A program made the translations under genes and the position numbers. This document shows, piece by piece, positions 34,530-44,276 of a stretch of DNA of 64,000 bases; within the stretch, counting starts at the first letter, position 1, and each line of letters starts with the position of its first letter. The notes under the pieces were generated by a model. It made no database searches. It was given only the letters and a program-made list of their open reading frames with translations, and was not told the DNA's origin. The DNA comes from Pseudomonadota bacterium (GTDB lineage Bacteria > Pseudomonadota > Gammaproteobacteria > Burkholderiales > JACQAP01): contig JBBPIT010000008.1 of assembly GCA_038040175.1 (NCBI GenBank), forward strand, positions 2,184-66,183. Direction: 5' to 3'.

Positions 34530-35129
34530 ATGGATGCAGCTGTCAGTCGCGCGATTGCTAAGTGGCCCAATGTACCGGCGGTCTACGGCTGGCTCCAACT
34601 CGATCGGCGTGGCAACTGGCTGATCAAGGGCGAGCGCATCGCCAACCCCGGCGTCGTCGCCTTTATCGGCCGCAATTACGCCGCCAACGAGCGGGGGCGC
34701 TGGTTCTTCCAGAACGGACCCCAGCGGGTGTTCGTGACGCTGGAATATGCGCCTTTCGTGATTGCCACCGCTGGCGCGGGTGCGGCGTCGCTGATCACGC
34801 ATACTGGGCAGGCGGTGGAGCGGGTCACCGGCGCGTGGCTGGACGAAACAGGCTCGCTGCTATTGCGCTGGAGCGGCGGGCCGGGACTGGTCAGCGATCG
34901 CGACCTGGCGGGGATCATGGCCTTGTTCACTGACGTTCACGGCAAGCCGATCGGCGACGCCACGCTGGCAAGGGCTTTCGATGCCGATTCCCGACGTCAC
35001 GCGACCGGGCTGTACTTCGACTACGCAGGCAACCGCGTGCCGGTAGGGCGCATTCAGGCCGGCGAGGTCGCACAGAAGTTCGGGTTCGAGCCGAACCCCC
35101 GCCCGAAGGAAGGAGAACCAGAGTGCTGA
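34530..35129 (+). CDS. conserved hypothetical protein (DUF-type, function unknown)
   Basis: MDAAVSRAIAKWPNVPAVYGWLQLDRRGNWLIKGERIANPGVVAFIGRNYAANERGRWFFQNGPQRVFVTLEYAPFV... is a block I recognise as conserved in proteobacteria but cannot name. The start is uncertain; the track ORF begins at 34494. Confidence 0.6.
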   Translation: MDAAVSRAIAKWPNVPAVYGWLQLDRRGNWLIKGERIANPGVVAFIGRNYAANERGRWFFQNGPQRVFVTLEYAPFVIATAGAGAASLITHTGQAVERVTGAWLDETGSLLLRWSGGPGLVSDRDLAGIMALFTDVHGKPIGDATLARAFDADSRRHATGLYFDYAGNRVPVGRIQAGEVAQKFGFEPNPRPKEGEPEC

Positions 35130-35230
35130 GTGCTGCGTACTGAGTGCTGCGAAGAAGCGGGATGCTTCGCACTGAAGGCGGGCAGGCGATTCCAGCCTCT
35201 TCTCAGCAGACAGCACCCGGTACTCAGCAC
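35123..35230. repeat. motif-array hairpin element (GTGCTGAG arm / CTCAGCAC arm)
   Basis: GTGCTGAGTGCTGCGTACTGAGTGCTGCG (35123-35151) faces CTCAGCAGACAGCACCCGGTACTCAGCAC (35202-35230). It lies between convergent genes, and the left arm overlaps the stop codon. Confidence 0.7.
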
Positions 35231-35235
35231 GGGTT

Positions 35236-35451
35236 TCAGCCCTTCATTCGCTTTGCGGCAAAGGACTCTTCGACGTTATCGCGGAAATAGCTGATGATCG
35301 ACGGCGCGCTCATCAGCCGCCGGTGCACTTCGGGCGAGACCCCGGTGTACTGATTGATGCGGCCGTCGTTGAACTCCACCTCCAGCACCCGGCTGCGCTC
35401 GTCGTACCCGACCGCCCGGATCGAGCTCGAGTTCACTTTCTTTCTTTCCAT
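35236..35451 (-). CDS. KTSC domain-containing protein
   Basis: MERKKVNSSSIRAVGYDERSRVLEVEFNDGRINQYTGVSPEVHRRLMSAPSIISYF... is the KTSC pattern (S..I..+GYD.....LE+.F..G..Y.Y..VP). Confidence 0.75.
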   Translation of the reverse strand: MERKKVNSSSIRAVGYDERSRVLEVEFNDGRINQYTGVSPEVHRRLMSAPSIISYFRDNVEESFAAKRMKG

Positions 35452-35928
35452 GGGTCCACAGGCCGTAACCAACCATCAGGATGTAAACGTCGATCTGGTT
35501 CCATATCTGCAGAACCGGGCCGGCGTAAGGTATGCCGCCCAGCGGCTGCAGCGGACTGAAATCAAAGAGGCAGCAGATTCGATCCGCTGCCTCGTCCCAT
35601 GAATTCCCCGACTGGTTTCGCTTCGTCCCGACGGATCCCAGGTGCCCGTTCCGGGCCAACTCCCGCCGGGACTTTTGCTTGATCTTTGAAGTGCTTCGCG
35701 TTTCACTTTCTATAGGAACAAAACCACCCTCTCGTCCCACATCGGGACAAGAAGATTTGCGTTAGGAACTTACCCCGCCTCCCGTCTCTTGATCGGCGGA
35801 GGTTTGCTTAAAGCTCCAACTCGACCGCGCCCTTGCAGGCCCGGCTATGTGTACTGCAAGTCCAAAGCTCGCGGCTCAGTGTCTGGTATCCATCGCGGAT
35901 GCAGACTGCCCGCGAGCATCTGGGAAGC

Positions 35929-36276
35929 TTAGTTAGGCCGGTTACCCGCTACCGGAAACGGCCAGGCCGCCGGTGCAGAAACTGGCTTCGGCGCGGCCGG
36001 AGCTGCCATGGCAGCCGGCTTCGCCGCAGGCTTCTTTCTGCCCGCTTTCTTTTTCGCCTTCTTCTTCGCAGGCTTTCTTGCCTTCTTCGCCTTCTTTTTG
36101 GCCGGCTTCTTGGCCTTTTTCTTCGCCGCTTTCTTTTTCTTGCCGGGACGGCGCTTCGCCTTTTTGGCGGACTTTTTCGCCATCTTCCTGGCTGCCGGAC
36201 GCTTCTTGGCGGCCTTCTTCTTACCCGTGGACTTCTTCTTGGCGGACTTCTTCGCTGCTTTTCTCTTCGCTGCCAT
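35929..36276 (-). CDS. histone H1-like Lys/Ala-rich DNA-binding protein
   Basis: 115 aa, MAAKRKAAKKSAKKKSTGKKKAAKKRPAARK...KKAKKKAGRKKPAAKPAA. This low-complexity basic protein is common in betaproteobacteria. Confidence 0.65.
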   Translation of the reverse strand: MAAKRKAAKKSAKKKSTGKKKAAKKRPAARKMAKKSAKKAKRRPGKKKKAAKKKAKKPAKKKAKKARKPAKKKAKKKAGRKKPAAKPAAMAAPAAPKPVSAPAAWPFPVAGNRPN

Positions 36277-36705
36277 TTCTATTCTCCTAATGAAAGTTAA
36301 TCAAAGGGCACTACCAGCACTTCGAAGAATGGATCTTCTCGGTGCCAACCGCCAATGCCCGGCCGCGCGCCAAATTGGCCGCTTGACCGGTCATCGGGCA
36401 GTTCTGTTGGCCGCGGACGAAGACCTGCCGTGTCCGCAGCGCGATTCGTGAGAGAAGTAGTGGCCGGAAAGGGGATAGCTCCAACATCGGCCAATCGCGA
36501 GAAACGAAGAGGAAAGGAAACCTTGGACTGGGGGCTCATTGCGCCCAGCCTGGCGGTTTGCTCTTTGGAGAGGCACCGCGCGTTTCGTAATTGAATAGTG
36601 AACTGCTTGTCCGGTTTACCCATTCAGCCCTAACAAGTGCACTGCCAGGCCGTTGAATCGGCCGGCGGCAGCGCGGGTCTCACAGAAAACTTTCCGGCCC
36701 ATGCA

Positions 36706-37854
36706 TCAATCCCAGTTCAGGGCCCCGCCCGTCTGATACTCGATCACACGGGTCTCGAAGAAATTTTTCTCCTTCTTGAGATCGACCATCTCCGACATCC
36801 ACGGGAACGGGTTGGTCGCGCCCGGGAACAGCGGATCGAGGCCGATCTGTCGCGCGCGGCGGTTGGCCACGAAGCGCAGGTATTCCTTGAACATCGGCGC
36901 GTTCAGCCCCAGAACACCGCGCGGCATGGTGTCCTCGGCGTAGCGGTACTCGAGTTCCACGCCCTTCTGCATCAGGCCGCGGATTTCCTCGCGGAACTCC
37001 GGGGTCCACAGGTGGGGGTTTTCCATCTTGATCTGGTTGATCAGATCGATGCCGAAATTGCAGTGCATTGACTCATCGCGCAGGATGTACTGGTATTGTT
37101 CGGCGGCGCCCGTCATCTTGTTCTGGCGGCCCAGCGCCAGGATCTGGGCAAAGCCGACGTAAAAGAACAGCCCCTCCATGATGCAGGCGAACACGATCAG
37201 GCCCTTCAGGAGCTGCTGGTCGGCCTCCGGGGTGCCGGTCTTGAATTCGGGGTCGGTCAGGGTTTCAATGAACGGGATCAGAAACTCGTCCTTGTCCCGG
37301 ATGCTGGAGACTTCGTGGTAGGCGTTGAAGATCTCGCCTTCGTCCAGCCCCAGGCTCTCGACGATGTACTGATAAGCGTGGGTGTGGATCGCTTCTTCGA
37401 AAGCCTGGCGCAGCAGATACTGCCGGCACTCCGGGGCGGTGATGTGCCGGTAGGTACCGAGCACGATGTTGTTGGCCGCCAGGCTGTCGGCGGTCACAAA
37501 GAAACCGAGGTTACGCTTGACCACCAGGCGCTCGTCCTCGGTCAGACCGTTCGGATCCTTCCAAGTGGCGATGTCCCGGCTCATGTTGATTTCCTGGGGC
37601 ATCCAGTGGTTGGCGCAGCCGGACAGATACTTGTCCCAGGCCCACTTGTACTTGAACGGGACGAGTTGGTTGACGTCGGCCTTGCCGTTGATGACGCGCT
37701 TGTCTTCAACGCGCACGCGACGGAACGCAACGTCCGCGGACGGACCGGATTCGGCAACGCGTGCCGGCGGAATATTGCTCGCCGGAATGTTGCCAACGAC
37801 GGGCTGCAAACCAGCGCCGCCGGTGCTCGGGATGTGATTCTCAAATTGCAGCAT
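36706..37854 (-). CDS. nrdB: class Ia ribonucleotide reductase beta subunit
   Basis: 382 aa with ...[15 protein letters not shown]...[17 protein letters not shown]...[14 protein letters not shown]...[15 protein letters not shown], the diiron and tyrosyl-radical motifs. Confidence 0.95.
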   Translation of the reverse strand: MLQFENHIPSTGGAGLQPVVGNIPASNIPPARVAESGPSADVAFRRVRVEDKRVINGKADVNQLVPFKYKWAWDKYLSGCANHWMPQEINMSRDIATWKDPNGLTEDERLVVKRNLGFFVTADSLAANNIVLGTYRHITAPECRQYLLRQAFEEAIHTHAYQYIVESLGLDEGEIFNAYHEVSSIRDKDEFLIPFIETLTDPEFKTGTPEADQQLLKGLIVFACIMEGLFFYVGFAQILALGRQNKMTGAAEQYQYILRDESMHCNFGIDLINQIKMENPHLWTPEFREEIRGLMQKGVELEYRYAEDTMPRGVLGLNAPMFKEYLRFVANRRARQIGLDPLFPGATNPFPWMSEMVDLKKEKNFFETRVIEYQTGGALNWD

Positions 37855-38221
37855 GCCTGGTTCCTTTATAAATGTTATCGGTGGAATGTCAAATACTTCT
37901 TTGATATTCGGTCGCGATGCGACCCCTTTTTATCCTTCGATCGCGATGAAAATGATATCGATCGGGTCATCGCTCAAAAAATCCCAGCCTCTGAATTGCG
38001 GCTTCGCCGTCACCGCGAATCGCGCGATTTCGTTGCGGCTGCGCAGCAACCAGAACGTCAGGCGGCGCGCGGCGAACCGAAGTCGGTAGGCCGGCCTCAT
38101 TGGCAGGCCTCGCCCTGATTGTGGCTCCGGCTCACGCACACTCCGGGTTGTGGCTCCCGCCGGTCCTTCGGGCTTAACTTGCCAAGGCAAGTTAGCGTCC
38201 GCCGTAACCAGGAGCGTGAGG

Positions 38222-41095
38222 CTATTGGCATGCCTCACACTCCGGGTAATCAATCGAACAAAACTTGGCTTCCTCGTCCGCGGTCGCGGCGGCGGCCGAA
38301 CCCGCGCCCATGACGCCGCCATCCGCGGGTACGGCGTTCAACTGGCCACCGCGGACGGTGGATTTTTCCGCCGAGGTCGCACCCAGCGTGCGCAGGTAAT
38401 AAGTGGTCTTAAGTCCCCGCTTCCAGGCCAGCTTGTAGGTGTCGTCCAGCTTTTTGCCGGAAGCGCCCGCCATATAGATATTGAGCGACTGCGCCTGGTC
38501 GATCCACTTCTGGCGGCGCGCGCCCGCCTCGACGATCCATGCCGAGTCCACCTCGAACGCGGTGGCGTAGAGGTTGCGGATCTCCTGCGGGACGCGGTCG
38601 ATCTTGGCCAGGCTGCCGTCGAAATACTTGAGGTCGGCGATCATGACCTCGTCCCACGCGTTGAGCTTCTTCAAGTCCCGGACCAGGTACTCGTTGGTGA
38701 CCGTAAACTCGCCGGACAGGTTCGACTTCACGTACAGGTTCTGGTAGGTCGGCTCGATCGAGGCCGATACGCCGACGATATTGGCGATGGTTGCGGTCGG
38801 CGCGATCGCCAGGCAGTTGGAATTGCGCATGCCGAACTGCTTGATGCGCGCGCGCAACGGCTCCCAGTTCATGCTCGAAGAGGCGTCCACCTCGACGTAG
38901 CCGCCGCGCTCCTCGGCCAGCAGCTTGAGCGAGTCCTGCGGCAGGATACCCCTGGACCACAGCGACCCTTCATAAGTGGAGTAGCGGCCGCGCTCCTCGG
39001 CCAGCTCGGTCGAGGCCCAGTACGCGTAGTAGGCCACCGCCTCCATGGAACGGTCGGCGAAGTCCAGCGCCTCCCTGGAAGCGTAAGGCACGCGCATCTC
39101 GAGCAGGCAGTCCTGAAAACCCATGATGCCCAGGCCGACCGGGCGATGCTTGAAGTTGGCGTTACGCGCCTTGTTGACCGCGTAGTAGTTGACGTCGATC
39201 ACGTTGTCGAGCATGCGCATGGCGGTGGACACCGTCTGCTTGAGCTTGTCGTGATCGAGCTTGCCGGCCTTCATGTGCGCAACCAGGTTGATCGAACCCA
39301 GGTTGCAGACCGCGATCTCGCTGTTCGAAGTGTTGAGCGTGATCTCGGTGCAGAGGTTGGAGCTGTGCACCACGCCGACGTGGCTTTGCGGGCTGCGGAT
39401 GTTGCAGGGGTCCTTGAAGGTGATCCAGGGATGCCCGGTCTCGAACAGCATGGTCAGCATCTTGCGCCACAGCATCAAAGCCGGGATGCGCTTGAAGAAC
39501 TTGAGTTCGCCGGTCTGGGTCTTGCGCTCGTATTCGGTATAGGCCTTCTCGAATTCCCTGCCGACCTTGTCGTGCAGGTCGGGCACATCGGCGGGTGAGA
39601 ACAGCGTCCACTCGCCGGCTTCCATGACCCGCTTCATGAACAGGTCCGGAATCCAGTTGGCGGTGTTCATGTCGTGGGTGCGGCGGCGGTCATCCCCGGT
39701 GTTCTTGCGCAGCTCGAGGAACTCCTCGATGTCCAGGTGCCAGCTCTCCAGGTAGGAGCACACCGCCCCTTTGCGCTTGCCGCCCTGATTTACCGCGACT
39801 GCGGTGTCGTTTACCACCTTGAGGAAGGGCACCACCCCCTGCGACTTGCCGTTGGTTCCCTTGATATGGGAGCCCAGCGCCCGAACCGGAGTCCAGTCGT
39901 TGCCCAGGCCGCCGGCAAACTTCGAAAGCAGCGCGTTTTCCTTGATGGCGTCGTAAATGCCTTCCAGGTCGTCCGATACCGTGGTCAGGTAGCAGCTGGA
40001 AAGCTGCGAGCGCTGCGTGCCGGAGTTGAACAGCGTAGGCGTCGAGGACATGAAGTCGAAGCTCGACAGAACGTTGTAGAACTCGATGGCGCGGGCCTCG
40101 CGCTCGACTTCGTTGATGGCAAGGCCCATCGCCACGCGCATAAAAAAGGCCTGGGGAAGCTCAATGCGTTGACCGTGCACGTGCAGGAAGTAGCGGTCAT
40201 AGAGCGTTTGCAGGCCCAAGTAACCGAATTTCAAATCGCGGTTGGCGTCCAGCGCCGCGCCCAGCGAGCGCAGGTCGAAACGGCCGAGCCGCTCGTCCAG
40301 CAATCCGGCGTCGATCCCCCGCTTGATCAACCCGGGGAAGTATTCGGCGTAGCGGGAATGCATTTGCGCCTGGGTGACTTCCTCGCCCAGGACCTCGTAG
40401 CGGACACTATTAAGTAAGAGGCGCGCGGTGACGTAGCCGTATGCCGGGTCCTTCTCGATCAGCGACCGGGCGGCAAGGATGGCGCATTTGCGCACCTCGT
40501 CCATCGGCACGCCGTCGTACAGGTCCTTGAGCGTCATCTGTAGGATCACGGCGGGATCCACGGCGCGGCCGAGGCCTTCGCAGGAATCCTTGATCAGGCC
40601 GGTCAGCCGCTCCATGTCCAGCGGATGGGTCTGGCCGTGCTCGATGACGCTGATCGCGTGCGCCGTGGCCGCCGCCTGCGTCTCGCGGTTCCTGGCGCGC
40701 TCGCGCGCCCGCTCCTCGCGATACAGCACATAGGCGCGGGCCACTTCGTGCTCGCCCGAGCGCATCAGGGAGAGTTCGACCTGGTCCTGGATGTCTTCGA
40801 TGTGGAAGGTGCCGCCGTTGGGCTGGCGGCGGATCAGCGCATTCATCACGGTCTCGGTAAGCTTCTCGACCAGCTCGCGAACGCGAGCCGAAGCAGCGCC
40901 CTGGCCGCCGTTGACGGCCAGGAAAGCCTTGGTCACGGCAACCGAGATTTTGCCGGGTTCGAAGCCGACGACGGCGCCGTTGCGGCGGATGACTTTGTAC
41001 TGGGCGTAACGCTGCGGATCCCGGTCGGCCGCGCCATCTTCCGTGGAGTAATTGCTTACCGGAGTGGCCGCGGTCAGGTTGGTGGCAAGTTGCAT
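38222..41095 (-). CDS. nrdA: class Ia ribonucleotide reductase alpha subunit
   Basis: 957 aa with an ATP-cone N-terminus (VIRRNGAVVGFEPGKISVAVTKAF), the catalytic core (...SSCYL...NLCTEITL...) and a C-terminal Cys pair (CSIDYPECEACQ). Confidence 0.95.
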   Translation of the reverse strand: MQLATNLTAATPVSNYSTEDGAADRDPQRYAQYKVIRRNGAVVGFEPGKISVAVTKAFLAVNGGQGAASARVRELVEKLTETVMNALIRRQPNGGTFHIEDIQDQVELSLMRSGEHEVARAYVLYREERARERARNRETQAAATAHAISVIEHGQTHPLDMERLTGLIKDSCEGLGRAVDPAVILQMTLKDLYDGVPMDEVRKCAILAARSLIEKDPAYGYVTARLLLNSVRYEVLGEEVTQAQMHSRYAEYFPGLIKRGIDAGLLDERLGRFDLRSLGAALDANRDLKFGYLGLQTLYDRYFLHVHGQRIELPQAFFMRVAMGLAINEVEREARAIEFYNVLSSFDFMSSTPTLFNSGTQRSQLSSCYLTTVSDDLEGIYDAIKENALLSKFAGGLGNDWTPVRALGSHIKGTNGKSQGVVPFLKVVNDTAVAVNQGGKRKGAVCSYLESWHLDIEEFLELRKNTGDDRRRTHDMNTANWIPDLFMKRVMEAGEWTLFSPADVPDLHDKVGREFEKAYTEYERKTQTGELKFFKRIPALMLWRKMLTMLFETGHPWITFKDPCNIRSPQSHVGVVHSSNLCTEITLNTSNSEIAVCNLGSINLVAHMKAGKLDHDKLKQTVSTAMRMLDNVIDVNYYAVNKARNANFKHRPVGLGIMGFQDCLLEMRVPYASREALDFADRSMEAVAYYAYWASTELAEERGRYSTYEGSLWSRGILPQDSLKLLAEERGGYVEVDASSSMNWEPLRARIKQFGMRNSNCLAIAPTATIANIVGVSASIEPTYQNLYVKSNLSGEFTVTNEYLVRDLKKLNAWDEVMIADLKYFDGSLAKIDRVPQEIRNLYATAFEVDSAWIVEAGARRQKWIDQAQSLNIYMAGASGKKLDDTYKLAWKRGLKTTYYLRTLGATSAEKSTVRGGQLNAVPADGGVMGAGSAAAATADEEAKFCSIDYPECEACQ

Positions 41096-41174
41096 TTTTT
41101 CTCCCTCGAATATTCTTGTCGCCTGGAAGCAACAACCGGATGTACGCTTGTCTGAAACCGCCGTTCGTCAGATA

Positions 41175-41190
41175 CCACTATATGTTGTGC
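41175..41190 (-). promoter_or_regulatory. candidate NrdR box 1 upstream of nrdA
   Basis: CCACTATATGTTGTGC matches about 13/16 positions of the NrdR-box palindrome as I recall it (acaCwAtATaTwGtGt). It lies about 80 nt upstream of the nrdA ATG. Confidence 0.5.
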
Positions 41191-41206
41191 CTCGGCTATG
41201 CCGACA

Positions 41207-41222
41207 TGACTAATTCTAGTAG
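41207..41222 (-). promoter_or_regulatory. candidate NrdR box 2 (weaker)
   Basis: TGACTAATTCTAGTAG matches about 10/16 positions. Its centre is 32 bp from box 1, which is the usual tandem-box spacing. Confidence 0.3.
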
Positions 41223-41343
41223 CACCACACCCCCTGTCAAGAATTTTTTACATTTGAAAAACAAAATGCTCGGTTGCGCAGTTGAAGTGCGCGCGAAGTG
41301 ACGAAACGCGGCAGCGACGCAGCGCTGCGACGCTGCCTCGGCA

Positions 41344-42291
41344 TCAGATCTGCCGCGCTGCGGGGAAAGAATTCGGACGTTGCGCCGCGCGCCAGAAATT
41401 GGCGGCGGTTTCGACGGTGGAGAAGTGGATTTCCACGGTGTCCGCGATGTCGCTGGAATAGCCGCCGGCCATTGCCACGGCCACCGGCACCGAAGCCGCC
41501 CGGCACAACTCGAATACCTTGCGGTCGCGCGCCTGCAGACCCACTTTGGTCAACGAAAGCCGCCCGAGCCGGTCGCCGGCGTACGGATCGGCGCCGGCAA
41601 GATAGATCGCCAGGTCCGGCTGCGCCGCGGAAAGCGCGTTGCAGATGCCCTGTTCCAGTGCATCGAGGTAGTCGGCATCGGCGGTGCCGTCCGGCAGTTC
41701 GATGTCGAGGTCGCTCGTCTCTTTACGGAACGGGAAATTTTTCGCAGCGTGGATCGAGAAGGTGAACACGGTCGGGGCGTCGGCCAGGATCGAGGCCGTG
41801 CCGTTGCCCTGGTGCACGTCGCAATCGAGGATCGCTATCCGCCGGGCGCAGCCTTCGGCCTGCATCGCCAATGCCGCGATGGCGGAATCGTTGAATACGC
41901 AATAGCCCTCGCCGTGGTCGCGGAAGGCATGGTGAGTGCCGCCGGCAAGGTTCACGCCGACACCCTCGGCCAGCGCGGCGCGGCAGGCCTCGATGGTGGC
42001 GCCCGCGGAACGGCGCGAGCGCTCCACCATTTGCGGGGTCCAGGGAAAGCCGATCCGGCGCAACTCCTGCGCGGACAGCTGGCCGTTCACAACCCGCTCC
42101 AGGTAGCCGCGATCATGTGCGCGCAGGATTTCCTCGTCGGTCGCTGCCTGCGGCTCGCGCAGCCCCTGCCCGCTGGCCAATCCTGCTTCCTCAACGCGCT
42201 TACGCAGAAGCGAGTACTTCGCCATCGGGAACCGGTGTCCCGCCGGCAGCGGCAGCACGTAGTGGTCGGTGTAGAAAATCTTCAACGTCAA
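41344..42291 (-). CDS. histone deacetylase-family (acetylpolyamine/protein deacetylase) protein
   Basis: 315 aa with ...NLAGGTHHAFRDHGEGYCVFND...ILDCDVHQGNGT.., the HDAC zinc-site motifs. Confidence 0.85.
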   Translation of the reverse strand: MTLKIFYTDHYVLPLPAGHRFPMAKYSLLRKRVEEAGLASGQGLREPQAATDEEILRAHDRGYLERVVNGQLSAQELRRIGFPWTPQMVERSRRSAGATIEACRAALAEGVGVNLAGGTHHAFRDHGEGYCVFNDSAIAALAMQAEGCARRIAILDCDVHQGNGTASILADAPTVFTFSIHAAKNFPFRKETSDLDIELPDGTADADYLDALEQGICNALSAAQPDLAIYLAGADPYAGDRLGRLSLTKVGLQARDRKVFELCRAASVPVAVAMAGGYSSDIADTVEIHFSTVETAANFWRAAQRPNSFPAARQI

Positions 42292-42321
42292 ACCCGGTTA
42301 ACCGCAGTGAAGGTTTGGAAC

Positions 42322-42906
42322 TTACTCGCCGATCAGGCGCCGAAAATGCGCCCAGTCGAAATGCGGTCCGGGATCGGTCTTGCGACCGGGCGGGGTGGCG
42401 ATGTCGGAATGGCCGACGCAGTCCTGGATCGGGTAGGCGCGCTCGAGCGCCCGGGTCAGGTCCGCCAGCACCGCGTACTGGGAATCGGCGAAAGGCTGGT
42501 CGTCGGCCCCTTCGAGTTCGACGCCGACCGAGAAGTCGTTGCAGCGGCTGCGGCCGCGCCACTGGGACTGCCCCGCATGCCAGGCGCGCCGGGCACACGG
42601 GACGAACTGGATCAGTTCGCCATCGCGGCGTATCAGGAAGTGGCTGGAAACCTTGTGGCCCTGGATCTCGCGATAGTATGGGTGGGCACGCGGGTCGAGG
42701 CGGTTGGTGAACAGTTCGACGATACCGGGGCCGCCGAACTCGCCCGGCGGCAGGCTGATATTGTGAACGACCAGGAGCTCGATGTTCGCGCCTCCCGGCC
42801 TGTCATCGCAGTTCGGTGAAGGCACGTAAGCCGCCGCGGAAAGCAGGCCGGAAGCGTCGAGCTTCCATGAAACTTCCCGCTTCCCGCGTCCCGCCCCTCG
42901 CCTCAC
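42322..42906 (-). CDS. ampD: 1,6-anhydro-N-acetylmuramyl-L-alanine amidase AmpD (start uncertain)
   Basis: ...YVPSPNCDDRPGGANIELLVVHNISLPPGEFGGPGIVELFTNRLDP...SSHFLIRRDGELIQFVPCARRAWHAGQSQWRGRSRCNDFSVGVELEG..GHSDIATPPGRKTDPGPHFDW closely parallels E. coli AmpD. There is no in-frame ATG near the expected start, so I used the in-frame GTG at 42906, which overlaps the pilR stop. Confidence 0.8.
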   Translation of the reverse strand: MRRGAGRGKREVSWKLDASGLLSAAAYVPSPNCDDRPGGANIELLVVHNISLPPGEFGGPGIVELFTNRLDPRAHPYYREIQGHKVSSHFLIRRDGELIQFVPCARRAWHAGQSQWRGRSRCNDFSVGVELEGADDQPFADSQYAVLADLTRALERAYPIQDCVGHSDIATPPGRKTDPGPHFDWAHFRRLIGE

Positions 42907-44276
42907 TAGTTCAGACCAAGCCGTTCCATTCTGTAGCGCATGGAGCGGAAGGTGATGCCGAGGAGCTTGGCCGCGGCGGTGCGGTTGTAGCGGGTTTTCT
43001 CCAGCGCCTCGAGGATGGCTTCCTTTTCGACCCGGTCGAGATAGTCCTGCAGCGGCGCCTTGCTGTCCCCGCCGGTGGCAACGGCCTGCTCGGGCAGGTC
43101 GTGCGGGGTGAGCTGCAGGTCGTCGGCGGTGATCTTGGCGTCGCTGCACAAAGCCATCGCGCGTTCCAGCACGTTTTCCAGTTCGCGCACGTTGCCGGGG
43201 AAGTCGTAGCGCTTGAGTTCCTCCAGCGCTTCGCTGCTTACGTCCGGCTTTTTCGTCCCGGCATTGCGGGCCAGCTTGTCGAGAAGCGCGCTGACGAACA
43301 GCGGGATGTCCTCGCGCATTTCCCGCAGCGCCGGCATGCGCAATTCGATGACGTTGAGCCGGTAATAGAGGTCGTGGCGGAACTTGCCCGCCTCGACGCA
43401 TTCGCCGAGTTTCTGGTGCGTGGCACTGATGATGCGCACGTCCACCGGCTCTTCCTGGGTGGAACCCACCTTGCGCACCTTTTTCTCCTGTATCGCGCGC
43501 AGGAGTTTCACCTGCATCGCCAGCGGCAGGTCCGCCACCTCGTCAAGAAACAGGGTGCCGCCATTGGCGGCCTGGAAAAAACCGTCGCGGTCGGCGTCCG
43601 CGCCGGTGAACGCTCCCTTGCGGTAGCCGAAGAATTCCGACTCCATCAGGTTCTCGGGGATTGCGCCGCAATTGACGGGCATGAAGGGCTGGCTGCGGCG
43701 CGCGCTTTTCTCGTGGATGAGCCGCGCTGCAAGCTCCTTGCCGCTGCCGGATTCGCCGCTGATGTGCACCGGCGCCTCGCTGCGCGCCAGCTTCTCGATC
43801 AACTCGCGCACCTGCCGGATCGCGCCCGACTCGCCGAGCAGCACATGCCCGGTCGCGGCCTTGGCGGCGGAGGCCTGCGGCAGCGACAGCGCGGATTTCA
43901 CCAGCGTGCGCAATTGCTCGAGCGACACCGGCTTGGCCAGGTAATCGAAGGCGCCGGCCTTGAGCGCCGCGACTGCGTTCTCGGTATTGCCGTGGGCGGT
44001 AATCACCGCGACCGGCAGGTCCGAAAGATTGTCCGAGATGAACTGGACCAGTTCCAGGCCCTCGCCGTCCGGAAGCCGCATGTCGGTGAGGCAAAGGTCG
44101 TAATTGCCGGACTGGACCTTCTCGATCGCCGACTTTACGGTGGTGGCGCGGTCGACGTCCAGGCCCATGCGCAGCAGGGTAAGCTCGATGAGCTCAAGGA
44201 TGTCTTCCTCGTCGTCGACGATGAGCACTGAGCGCGAGTTGGCGCCCGCCGTCTGCTCCTTGCGTTTCACGCTCAT
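42906..44276 (-). CDS. pilR: sigma-54-dependent response regulator, PilR-like (NtrC family)
   Basis: 456 aa with a receiver domain (LIVDDEEDILELIE...DLCLTDMRLPDGEGLELV), an AAA+ sigma-54 interaction domain (GESGSGKE...ESEFFGY..GAFTGA) and a C-terminal Fis-type HTH. Confidence 0.75.
   Translation of the reverse strand: MSVKRKEQTAGANSRSVLIVDDEEDILELIELTLLRMGLDVDRATTVKSAIEKVQSGNYDLCLTDMRLPDGEGLELVQFISDNLSDLPVAVITAHGNTENAVAALKAGAFDYLAKPVSLEQLRTLVKSALSLPQASAAKAATGHVLLGESGAIRQVRELIEKLARSEAPVHISGESGSGKELAARLIHEKSARRSQPFMPVNCGAIPENLMESEFFGYRKGAFTGADADRDGFFQAANGGTLFLDEVADLPLAMQVKLLRAIQEKKVRKVGSTQEEPVDVRIISATHQKLGECVEAGKFRHDLYYRLNVIELRMPALREMREDIPLFVSALLDKLARNAGTKKPDVSSEALEELKRYDFPGNVRELENVLERAMALCSDAKITADDLQLTPHDLPEQAVATGGDSKAPLQDYLDRVEKEAILEALEKTRYNRTAAAKLLGITFRSMRYRMERLGLN

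Noticed and set aside
35452-35928. A possible membrane-protein remnant (..PLGGIPYAGPVLQIWNQIDVYILMVGYG.., minus strand) in the 477-bp gap between the KTSC and H1-like genes.
   Set aside because: The similarity to any transporter family (for example AI-2E-like IPxxGP segments) is too short and vague for me to support without a database search.
36008-36451. Phe/Leu/Ala-rich + strand ORFs (35833..36300, 35973..36290, 36008..36451) opposite the H1-like gene.
   Set aside because: They are the antisense reading of a Lys/Ala-rich (AAG/GCN) gene. The K/A-rich minus-strand protein matches a known class of bacterial histone H1-like proteins, whereas the antisense products match nothing.
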